Shown here piece after piece: positions 39,079-47,373 of a stretch of DNA of 47,504 nt. The notes under the pieces were generated by a model. The model saw only the letters and a program-made list of their open reading frames with translations. It ran no database searches and was not told the origin of the DNA. Source of the stretch: Fusobacteriota bacterium (GTDB lineage Bacteria > Fusobacteriota > Fusobacteriia > JAPLKR01); contig JAPLKR010000116.1 of assembly GCA_026387965.1 (NCBI GenBank), positions 1 to 47,504 on the forward strand, given 5' to 3'. A program made the translations under genes and the position numbers. How positions within the stretch are numbered: position 1 is the first letter of the stretch; the number at the start of each line of letters is the position of its first letter.

Positions 39079-40167
39079 ATGAAAGTATTAATAATACAGT
39101 TGAAAAGGATTGGGGATGTGCTGCTATCTACGCCGCTTGCCAATTCGATAAAAGAGAATTTTCCAGACTCCGAAATTGATTTTATCACTTCACCTGGAGA
39201 AACTGGGGTTGTTGAGGGAAATCCTAATATTTCAGAGATTATTGTGCTGACGAGTGAAGAACGAAAAAGCAAATTTAAATTTTTGAAAAAGATGCTGTAT
39301 ATCAGAAAGAAGAAGTATGATGTTGTCTTTAATGTGAATGGAAAATTAGAGGGAATGCTCATCACTTTTTTTTCTAGAGCCAAAAAGCGCGTTGGATGGG
39401 ATAAAAAAGGGTGGAAAATTGTGAATACCCTCTCAGTGGACAGCGAAAAATTTAGAAAAAAAACGGGAACGGCGGCCCAAACCATTGAGGACCGTTTAGC
39501 GATGTTGACAGCTACTTTTGGGGATATTAAGTTAGATAGTGAATTTCATATATGGCTCACCGATAAGGAGCTGGCAGATACCAAAGCACTCATGGAGAAA
39601 AGTGGCGTGGATTTTACCAAACCCATCGTTCCCCTAGGCATCACCAGTCGTCGTTGGTACCGTGTGTGGGAGTTTGAGAAGTTTGTGGCGATGTCACACT
39701 ATTTAATTGAAAAGTATGACGCTCAAATTATTCCCTTTTATGCTCCAAATGAAAAGGCATATATAGATGGCTATATTGAGGCGATGAAAAGTGAAAGCGT
39801 AAAGCGTGTTGAGACGAAAAATGTTCGAGAACTTGCCGCCATGATGCAACTATCAACTATTTATTTCGGAAATGAAAATGGCCCTCGTCATGTCGCTCAA
39901 GCGGTAGGCACACCAAGCTATGTGGTATTTAGAGATAATATATCCACACATTGGTTTTTACCAACAGACCATCCAATGCATAGAATTGTGACATATCAAA
40001 CGGCTTATAAACTAACAGATGAAGAGTTTCATGCTCTATTTACCCTCACTAAAGAGGAACTTTTTGCCAAATATGAGATATCGCTCGAATTTGTAAAGTC
40101 CGATTTTGACGAAATGGTTAAGGCGTTAGGAATATTAGAAAATAGGGAAGATAGGGGGGGAAATTGA
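39079..40167 (+). CDS. GT9 heptosyltransferase-like glycosyltransferase
   Basis: KRIGDVLL, NPNI, GNENGPRHVA; TGGTATAAT extended -10 upstream. Confidence 0.9.
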   Translation: MKVLIIQLKRIGDVLLSTPLANSIKENFPDSEIDFITSPGETGVVEGNPNISEIIVLTSEERKSKFKFLKKMLYIRKKKYDVVFNVNGKLEGMLITFFSRAKKRVGWDKKGWKIVNTLSVDSEKFRKKTGTAAQTIEDRLAMLTATFGDIKLDSEFHIWLTDKELADTKALMEKSGVDFTKPIVPLGITSRRWYRVWEFEKFVAMSHYLIEKYDAQIIPFYAPNEKAYIDGYIEAMKSESVKRVETKNVRELAAMMQLSTIYFGNENGPRHVAQAVGTPSYVVFRDNISTHWFLPTDHPMHRIVTYQTAYKLTDEEFHALFTLTKEELFAKYEISLEFVKSDFDEMVKALGILENREDRGGN

Positions 40168-40535
40168 ACAGTTCAATGATTGTTGAGAGGTTAAAAGAGT
40201 TTTCACCGGAAGTTATTTATATATTTGGATCAGTTGCTAAAGGAGAAGAGCGAAAAGGTAGCGATATTGATATCGCCTTCTATTCAAATTGTGAACAAAC
40301 AGCGTTGGGGATTTATACCGCGGCTCAAGAGTTGGCAATAAAATTAAATAGAGATGTGGATTTAGTGGATCTGAGGCGTGTTGGATCAGTGCTTCAAAAG
40401 GAAATTGTTGAACATGGAAAGGTTATTTTTGAAAAGTCAGCCAGTTTTCGCAGTGAAATGGAATTGAAAATCATTAAAAATTATGTTAAATTTTGTGAAG
40501 AGCGAAAATCCTTAATAGAAAATTTTGAGGTGTAA
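40164..40535 (+). CDS. mntA: MntA-like minimal nucleotidyltransferase antitoxin
   Basis: FGSVAKGEERKGSDIDIA (GS-X10-DXD), VDLVDL; start could be ATG 40176. Confidence 0.85.
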   Translation: MNSSMIVERLKEFSPEVIYIFGSVAKGEERKGSDIDIAFYSNCEQTALGIYTAAQELAIKLNRDVDLVDLRRVGSVLQKEIVEHGKVIFEKSASFRSEMELKIIKNYVKFCEERKSLIENFEV

Positions 40536-40536
40536 A

Positions 40537-40941
40537 ATGAGAGATGATATTATCATCAATAAGATAGAGATTATCAAAAGAAGCATTCAAAGAGTGGAAG
40601 AGGAGTATCAAAACACCCCTCAAAACCTTGAAAATTTTACGAAACAAGATGCGATTATTCTAAATGTACAAAGGGTGTGTGAAGCCTGTATTGCTATGGC
40701 TTTTCACTGTATAAAGGTGAATAAATGGGAGTTGCCTCAGGAGAGTCGTGAGGGTTTTAAAATTTTAGAAATTCACGGGGCGATTACCTCTGAGCTCTCA
40801 CTGTCACTACAAAAAATGGTGGAATTTAGAAATATTGCTGTTCATAATTATCAAAAATTAGACCGAAGTATTATTCAATACGTGATAGAGTGCACACTTT
40901 ACGACGCCTTGAAATTTTCCTATGTACTTCTTGAGAGATAA
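40537..40941 (+). CDS. hepT: HepT-like (DUF86) HEPN ribonuclease toxin
   Basis: QDAIILNVQR, FRNIAVHNY (R-X4-H-X-Y). Confidence 0.85.
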   Translation: MRDDIIINKIEIIKRSIQRVEEEYQNTPQNLENFTKQDAIILNVQRVCEACIAMAFHCIKVNKWELPQESREGFKILEIHGAITSELSLSLQKMVEFRNIAVHNYQKLDRSIIQYVIECTLYDALKFSYVLLER

Positions 40942-41086
40942 CAAGTTCGGGTTTTATTTGTTCTGGTAATTGTTAAAGAGCGTTTATTTAAATTCACTGT
41001 TCACCTTCGTTTCTAAAAAAAGGAAATAAGGAGATCCAGTTATTTACAATCAAAATATTTTAAAGATATTAAAGTAGGTTCTTATC

Positions 41087-41104
41087 CAGATTTTAGTCAG
41101 GCTT
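41087..41104 (+). repeat. Family B right end
   Basis: CAGATTTTAGTCAGGCTT. Confidence 0.7.
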
Positions 41105-41166
41105 AAAAAGGGTATATAAGGCGTTTTTAAGTAATTTAAAGCGATAAATTAGGGGAGAGAAAAATT

Positions 41167-41790
41167 ATGATTATTTACATCGATAATGTACTGCTGCAAA
41201 CAAAACTGCATAAAGTGGATACCTTAGAGAAAATTATTAAAAGCATAGAGAAACTCGTCATGAATAATGGGCGCGTAGTCACTGAAATATTAGTAGATGG
41301 AAAAAAGATACTGTTTGACTACGATGCGAAAGCACACAATATCCGAGAGCAGATTAGGTATCTAGAGTTTTATACTTCGGCACCAGAAGTGGTCCTGTTG
41401 GAAAATATTCAACATCTCAATGAACATCTAGATCAAGGTAAAGCCTCTTTTGAGCGCGCTTTATATTTTTTTAAAGAAGGCCTGCCCAAACGTGCATTTA
41501 AAATTATCTTGGCTGAACTGGATCGAATTGAGATGATAGTAGATACACTTGAAGCGGTATCAGCACTTTCGAAAACCATTCAAAAGTCGCCAGATTTTCA
41601 CCATATGGTTCATGAATTCAATCAAGCGATTGAAAGACTTCTCTATTTTTTACAATTAGAAGAAATGGAAAATTTAGTATATACCATACAAGTTGATTTA
41701 CTCAGTGTGGCAACGCTCATTTACGAGCAAATTGATTGTATGTATTATTCGGTACTAGATGATTTTCTTGATGAAAAGAGAGGTCAATAA
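41167..41790 (+). CDS. Hypothetical protein
   Basis: 207-aa ORF behind GGGGAG; stop overlaps the next start (TAATG); no family recognised. Confidence 0.8.
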   Translation: MIIYIDNVLLQTKLHKVDTLEKIIKSIEKLVMNNGRVVTEILVDGKKILFDYDAKAHNIREQIRYLEFYTSAPEVVLLENIQHLNEHLDQGKASFERALYFFKEGLPKRAFKIILAELDRIEMIVDTLEAVSALSKTIQKSPDFHHMVHEFNQAIERLLYFLQLEEMENLVYTIQVDLLSVATLIYEQIDCMYYSVLDDFLDEKRGQ

Positions 41791-44249
41791 TGATATCAAA
41801 AAGGGTGCTAATTGTGATGATTACCACCTTTATTTTATTTGAAGCAGGGTTTTCTCAAGACGTTCGGGCATCAAGGCTTCCAGTTGTAGGCGATGGCAAA
41901 ATTAGAGTGAAAGCGGTAGTGCATAGCGAAAATACGCCGAGTTATTGCATAGAACTCTCACATAATACGTACAGAGTTACGATAGTTGTGGCAAAAAATG
42001 ATATTGGCCGTGCAAGTGTGGTTGTAAATGGAAAAGAGGTTGCTCTAAAAATGATCCAGGGAAGTAGTCGTGATTATTATTATGGCGATATTACGGTCGC
42101 TTCTTCTAGTTTTAACTATTATTTTAAGCTATATGAGCGGGGAATAATTCTTTATGTAGGTAAAACGCTTTCAAGTAGCCCAGATATAGAGCCTTTCTCA
42201 AACTCTCAAGATATTTCATCACTGAATAAAAATACATGGGCAAAAAATAGAATTTTTTACTATATTTTACTGGATAGATTTAGAAATGGAAACACTCAAA
42301 ATGATGGTGAAGTTGAAAGCTGGACGGGTAACTACTCGCTTCAAGGAAAGAACTCAAGATATGGCGGTGACTTAATTGGAGTTTATGAAAAAAGCCATTA
42401 TTTAAAGGAGTTAGGGATAGATGCAGTGGAAATCTCTTCTCCATTTTATCAAGAGGGGTCGATAAGTGGAAATACCTTGGATTTTCGGCATATTTCGCCA
42501 GAATATGGTGTGAGTAGCGAAAGTGGGGACGCTCTAACATTTGATTATAAAATCTTAGTAAAATCAGAAAGAGTGAAAAAAGGGATTAACCCAAATAGTT
42601 TAAAAGATGAGTTTAATACAGTGAATACCTACACAACAGGTAGTTCAACAATTTTTTTCCCCAAAGTAAGTAATCTTTTAAGGGGGAAAAGTTCAAGTGA
42701 GTCACTGAATTTACTTATTAGCAGTAGTGCAGTCAACGGGTATGGCGAAAGCTTAAGTCCGTCTTCATGGGGAGATACAAATTCCGACAGACTCTTTTTT
42801 GCAACACTAAAAAAATTACACGAAGAGGGCATTAGTGTCATTTTGAATCTAAACCTTTCTTCTGTTTCAAACCAATTCTTTGCGTATCAAGAAGCGCTTA
42901 AAGAGGGGCCTCAAAGTCCGTATGCGAAATGGTTTTATTTTACTGATTGGAAAAAATGTACTGCTTATAGTGAAAAAAATGAAGATATTTGGAATCCCTA
43001 TATCCAATATTTTGGAAACTCTTCAGTAGGTGTGAAATATAGTAAGGGGGCAAAGTACCGTCGAAGGTGGATAGCACAAAGCGAGGGTAAAAATGCTCAA
43101 GAAGTTCATGAAATAGACGCATGGAACTTAGAAAATGTAGAGTCTCAAAAAGGCGAATTAAGTGACGCTACCGTGAGATTAAATACGTCAAGTAGTGAGG
43201 TAGCAGAGTATTTAATCAATGCCTGTTTAAAATGGGCTAAAGGAAGTGGTACTACTTATCAAGTGGATGGGTTTTCTCTAGATTTCCCCTCTCAATTAAA
43301 TTCTGAATTTCTGAAAAATTTTATTTCTCAAATGTTAGCGGTCCAGCCAGATATGTATTTTGTAGCAGGAATTGATCGAACGCCTAATAAAATAAGCGTG
43401 ATGTACCATCGAGACTTTGATATTCCAGATATGCTCAATGAATATGTCAACGAAAATACCCTCTCATCTACAGATCTCGCACATCAAATGGAAATAAAAA
43501 ATATTATGGAGTCGGCGAGTCGAAAAGAGAGCGATCTATACCCAATAGATTCTATCTATACTGCACGGAGTTTTAGCATGACCATTAACCCAGAAATAGG
43601 ATTTGGAGAGAGTGTCGAAGAATTCATGAAAATATCGCCCACAGAACTTAGTCCAATAGATAGTTTAGCACGCTACAAATTATACCTTGCTCTCTCGATA
43701 CTTCATAGTGGTAACAGTGAACTACTATATGGTTCAGAATGGGGTGAGTTTGGTGGAATGGACAATGGAAGCATTAAGCCAATGCTTTGGAATGATATAG
43801 AGGGAAGAGAAGTGGAAACGGACAATCTCTCTAAATACTCAAGTCAAAGTGTGGGGGGGAATAAGAATGCACTGCAATTTCCAGGAGATGTGGAAGTGGA
43901 TTTAGTCAATCAAACAATTGGTTATACCCCACAAAGCAGCAGTGAAATTTACGTATTTATTAAAAAAATATTGGCCATTCACCATAAATATGAGGCGCTC
44001 TTTTCTGAGGGAAGTGTAAAGTATATATCGCTTGGAGACCCAAATATTTACATCTATCAAATTAAAAGTAAAAAAGCAACACTTCTTATTGTAGGCAATA
44101 GAGGTAGCGCAAAACCCATCGCTCTAGAACTGGAAAAAAATGGTCTATATAAATCTGAACTTAATTTGAAAAGTTATGAAATTAAAGAGGGGAAACTCAA
44201 TTTAGAACTTGCGAAAAATGGAATAGATGTACTCTATAAGGTATATTAA
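41790..44249 (+). CDS. Secreted GH13 alpha-amylase/neopullulanase-like protein with degenerate active site
   Basis: Signal peptide; FYYILLDRFRNGN, YGGDLIG, YLKELGID, VDGF, LYGSE, PMLW. Confidence 0.8.
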   Translation: MISKRVLIVMITTFILFEAGFSQDVRASRLPVVGDGKIRVKAVVHSENTPSYCIELSHNTYRVTIVVAKNDIGRASVVVNGKEVALKMIQGSSRDYYYGDITVASSSFNYYFKLYERGIILYVGKTLSSSPDIEPFSNSQDISSLNKNTWAKNRIFYYILLDRFRNGNTQNDGEVESWTGNYSLQGKNSRYGGDLIGVYEKSHYLKELGIDAVEISSPFYQEGSISGNTLDFRHISPEYGVSSESGDALTFDYKILVKSERVKKGINPNSLKDEFNTVNTYTTGSSTIFFPKVSNLLRGKSSSESLNLLISSSAVNGYGESLSPSSWGDTNSDRLFFATLKKLHEEGISVILNLNLSSVSNQFFAYQEALKEGPQSPYAKWFYFTDWKKCTAYSEKNEDIWNPYIQYFGNSSVGVKYSKGAKYRRRWIAQSEGKNAQEVHEIDAWNLENVESQKGELSDATVRLNTSSSEVAEYLINACLKWAKGSGTTYQVDGFSLDFPSQLNSEFLKNFISQMLAVQPDMYFVAGIDRTPNKISVMYHRDFDIPDMLNEYVNENTLSSTDLAHQMEIKNIMESASRKESDLYPIDSIYTARSFSMTINPEIGFGESVEEFMKISPTELSPIDSLARYKLYLALSILHSGNSELLYGSEWGEFGGMDNGSIKPMLWNDIEGREVETDNLSKYSSQSVGGNKNALQFPGDVEVDLVNQTIGYTPQSSSEIYVFIKKILAIHHKYEALFSEGSVKYISLGDPNIYIYQIKSKKATLLIVGNRGSAKPIALELEKNGLYKSELNLKSYEIKEGKLNLELAKNGIDVLYKVY

Positions 44250-44399
44250 GGTAGAAACTTAGCTATCGCGAGTATATGACTGGGGTAAATTTGGAACGCA
44301 GATGATACGAAAAGGATGAATGCCCATTGGTTTTACAAATGTCCTGTCATTTCGACTGAAATGAAGAAATCAACTCTTTTAAGGGAGAGTATCAGTATT

Positions 44400-44548
44400 T
44401 ATAGCTGTTTTCTTAAATATGAGAAATGAATGCTTCGCTTGTCATTTTGGTCATAGTACCGGAATCTATTTTTAACGTTTGTAGATACCGGAATTAGCAG
44501 CCGGTATGACAAATTCAAGAATTCTACACGTTTTAGCAATCCTCTATA
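44400..44548. mobile_element. TATAG-ended MITE-like element (family A architecture, divergent sequence)
   Basis: TATAGC...CTCTATA ends enclosing GTCAT..CCGGAATCTA and TAGATACCGG..CCGGTATGAC. Confidence 0.6.
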
Positions 44549-44898
44549 AATAAGTAAAGAGGTGCAAACGCAGTTAAAAATGGGTTGTTATAAATCTTCC
44601 CCAAGAATATAAAAATCACAGAGTATTTCTAAATAATCGGATGTTTCAGACCCATCTTATTAATAGTATGTAATAAAATGAAAATAAGTAAGGGAAATAG
44701 CACCACATCTCTATTCGAAAAAATCTGATAAAATAATATGAATCACGCTTAGTATTTCGAATGACACAAAAATCACAAAGTTAATAAAATCAAAGCTAAA
44801 GTGAACATAATGTGATCGCAAAAACACAATTATGAACTTTATGTAAAGTTAATGAGAAATTTGTGAGAAAAAAATAATATAAAAAATTAAAAAATAGA

Positions 44899-44927
44899 TT
44901 GACATTTTTAATTTTTTTCTTTACACT
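44899..44927 (+). promoter_or_regulatory. Sigma70-type promoter of pilin 1
   Basis: TTGACA-17 bp-TACACT with A-rich upstream element. Confidence 0.65.
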
Positions 44928-44962
44928 GAATATATAAACAAGGAAATGAAGGAGGAAAAAAA

Positions 44963-45463
44963 ATGGAAAAAAGAAGAAATGGATTTACGTTGATAGAACT
45001 GTTGGTGGTTATCGCTATTATTGCAATATTAGCGGCGGTTATTTTTCCAATTATGGGGAAACAAATTAAAAAAGCAAAAGATGCAAAAACTGTTGCAGCG
45101 ATGGGTGCTATTCGAAGTAATATGACCACAGCAACAGCAGATTTAGATGGAAATGCTCCTGCAGTTTCTGGAGATGCAACAACAGGTCCTGTATATGCGT
45201 TTGTTTATGGCGGAACTGTATATGGAGGTAATACTTCATCTACTGTTAGCGGAGTGGATTCGAAAACTCAAAATTTATTTAAAGCCGGCGGGGTATCAAC
45301 AGGTGTGTCATTGATTTTAAGTGCATATCAAGGTTCTATTGTTGCAGGAACACCGAGTACTGTAACATTTACATATTCACTTGGGACCACTGAAGGAGAT
45401 TCAGCTATTGATTTTGATGCTTCTCAAACAAACTCTGCTGGAAAAGCATGGAGTGATCTATAA
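44963..45463 (+). CDS. Type IV pilin 1
   Basis: Class III signal KRRNG^FTLIELLVVIAIIAILAA with Glu5; AGGAGG RBS. Confidence 0.9.
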   Translation: MEKRRNGFTLIELLVVIAIIAILAAVIFPIMGKQIKKAKDAKTVAAMGAIRSNMTTATADLDGNAPAVSGDATTGPVYAFVYGGTVYGGNTSSTVSGVDSKTQNLFKAGGVSTGVSLILSAYQGSIVAGTPSTVTFTYSLGTTEGDSAIDFDASQTNSAGKAWSDL

Positions 45464-45473
45464 TCTAGTTTTT

Positions 45474-45499
45474 AAAAGCACGGGAAACCGTGCTTTTTT
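45474..45499 (+). terminator. Rho-independent terminator
   Basis: AAAAGCACGG-gaaa-CCGTGCTTTTTT. Confidence 0.9.
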
Positions 45500-45639
45500 C
45501 TTGCTCTCCAAATAAATTAGGGGGAGTCGGAGAGGGTATATCTTTTTATGTAAAGCAGCGGAAATCAGTTTTAAAAATATTCAGAAGAATTTGACCTGTG
45601 AGTTGAACGCCAATCATACGAAAATCATGTAAATTTTTA

Positions 45640-45668
45640 TTGACAAAAAGCCTTCAAAAAGATACAAT
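45640..45668 (+). promoter_or_regulatory. Sigma70-type promoter of pilin 2
   Basis: TTGACA-17 bp-TACAAT. Confidence 0.65.
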
Positions 45669-45696
45669 TAAAGAAAATATATGTGAAGAGGGATCT

Positions 45697-46161
45697 ATGA
45701 AGAGAAAAGGGTTTACGGTAATTGAGCTTATTGTAATTATATTGATTATTGTTGTTATCGCAGCGATAGTTTATCCGATATTGAAACACCAAGTAAGAAA
45801 AGCAAAGGATGCAAAAGCGGTAATCGCTATTGGAGCCATTCGTACCAATATTATTCAAGCTACAGCTGATTTACAAGGGTATGCGCCAAGTGTCTCAGGA
45901 GGATCAACTGGCACACTGTATTCACTCGTAAATGGGGGCAATGTGTATGCAAGTGGAAGCTCAGCGATTGTTAAAGCTATTGACCCAAATTCGGCAGAAC
46001 TTTTCAGTAATTTTTCCAGCACAGGGACACAAGCAGAGGTTGTGGCAGGTACCCCTACACAAGTTAAAGTAACATATACTATTATTACGCCAAATAGCGC
46101 CACGATCACATTTGATGCCAATCAAAAAAATAGCAGTAAAAACTATTGGAATGCACTATAA
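45697..46161 (+). CDS. Type IV pilin 2
   Basis: MKRKG^FTVIELIV; start is ATG 45697 behind GAGG, not the TTG of the -35 box. Confidence 0.9.
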   Translation: MKRKGFTVIELIVIILIIVVIAAIVYPILKHQVRKAKDAKAVIAIGAIRTNIIQATADLQGYAPSVSGGSTGTLYSLVNGGNVYASGSSAIVKAIDPNSAELFSNFSSTGTQAEVVAGTPTQVKVTYTIITPNSATITFDANQKNSSKNYWNAL

Positions 46162-46171
46162 ATACAGTAGC

Positions 46172-46203
46172 AAGGAGCCTTTGAAAAAAGAGCTCCTTTT
46201 TTT
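46172..46203 (+). terminator. Rho-independent terminator
   Basis: AAGGAGC...GCTCCTTTTTTT. Confidence 0.8.
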
Positions 46204-46224
46204 AATCTACGAACTGTGATAATC

Positions 46225-46366
46225 TATAGCAAATCAAAAATAAACCTGGAGACATTGCAATATGTCACCCTGAGCGAAGTCGAGAGATCTATCCCTGTAA
46301 AATTCGAGATGTCTCCACGTTGGTCGACATGACATCATTGTCAAGGTTTGTTTTGAAACTACACTA
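46225..46366 (+). mobile_element. MITE-like repeat family A, copy 4
   Basis: Closest to 594-728, which lacks ~10 nt of the second hairpin. Confidence 0.85.
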
Positions 46367-46576
46367 GCATACCAAAGTGACGTGAAAACAAATTCTGAAT
46401 TGCACTATTTAACAACACTTTTCAGATATAGCCTAAATTCTTAAAAATTTGATAGTCATATAGTAGAGGTTATAAAATCAATGAGATATGGTAGGGTGAT
46501 TTATAAATAAAATAAAACTTTACTTTATGAATGCTATCCTATAAAATAGTAGCAAGAGAGAAATTGAGGGGGAATT

Positions 46577-47071
46577 ATGAAAAAAGCAAAAGGATTTACA
46601 CTCGTAGAACTTTTGGTTGTAATCGCCATAATCGGGATACTTGCCATAGTAGTATTTCCACTAATGGCATCAAAAATTAAAACAGCAAAAGATGGAAAAG
46701 CCTATGCAGCCATGAGTGCAATGCGTTCTGTACTGAGTGCAGGAATTGGCGAGCTTAATGGGAATCCACCCGCAGCAAGCTATTCTAATATGCAAGCAAT
46801 AGTAAATGGTGGAACGTTGGTTTCAAATTCTTCAGACCTTCTACAAGCGAGTGTTTCGGGCGTTGATGATAAGACACGTCAACTGATTAGTATTTCAAGC
46901 GGTACGTCAACAGGGTACATTGAGTGTGGAATATTTAAATCTACTACAGGAACATTTATACGTGCGCCATTTACGTATCAAGTGAATAATAGTGGCTCTA
47001 ACTATGAAGACGGGCAGCTTGAATTTTCAAGTGGTACAAATAGTTTTAATCAAAATTGGGATAATTATTAA
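46577..47071 (+). CDS. Type IV pilin 3
   Basis: MKKAKG^FTLVELLVVIAIIGILA; AKDxK motif shared with pilins 1 and 2. Confidence 0.9.
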   Translation: MKKAKGFTLVELLVVIAIIGILAIVVFPLMASKIKTAKDGKAYAAMSAMRSVLSAGIGELNGNPPAASYSNMQAIVNGGTLVSNSSDLLQASVSGVDDKTRQLISISSGTSTGYIECGIFKSTTGTFIRAPFTYQVNNSGSNYEDGQLEFSSGTNSFNQNWDNY

Positions 47072-47078
47072 GAATTAG

Positions 47079-47103
47079 AAGAGTGCGTGTGCACTTTTTT
47101 TTT
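47079..47103 (+). terminator. Rho-independent terminator
   Basis: AAGAGTGC-gtgt-GCACTTTT followed by a long T tract. Confidence 0.8.
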
Positions 47104-47147
47104 ATTTAAATTTGAGTAAAATAGATGTGAATATTCTAAGATAGTAA

Positions 47148-47303
47148 TGTTGAAACTTATGTTGAAAAAGGGATAATTAAAATACTTTTCCACAATTATC
47201 AAGAAATTATATAGAAAAATATTGTGACCTCTGACGATTATTGCGAGTTAGATTTAGTTAATATAATTTTATTTTGTGGAAAACAGTGTTGAAAAGTGGA
47301 GAA
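47148..47303. promoter_or_regulatory. Cluster of DnaA-box-like 9-mers
   Basis: TTTTCCACA 47186-47194 and TGTGGAAAA 47275-47283 fit TTWTNCACA; near matches at 47148, 47160, 47287, 47295. Confidence 0.5.
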
Positions 47304-47373
47304 CTTAAAAACGGACCATTTTAATTGGAGAGAAAAGCCATAAAAAGTAATGAATTTTTTTCCAAAAAAGATG

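Noticed and set aside
21699-41104. Family B hairpins as integron attC sites
   Set aside because: GTT precedes AAC, the reverse of RYYYAAC...GTTRRRY, and no intI gene is in the window
44963-47071. Pilins as silent cassettes or a shufflon
   Set aside because: All have full leaders, RBSs and promoter candidates; no recombinase or inverted gene segments
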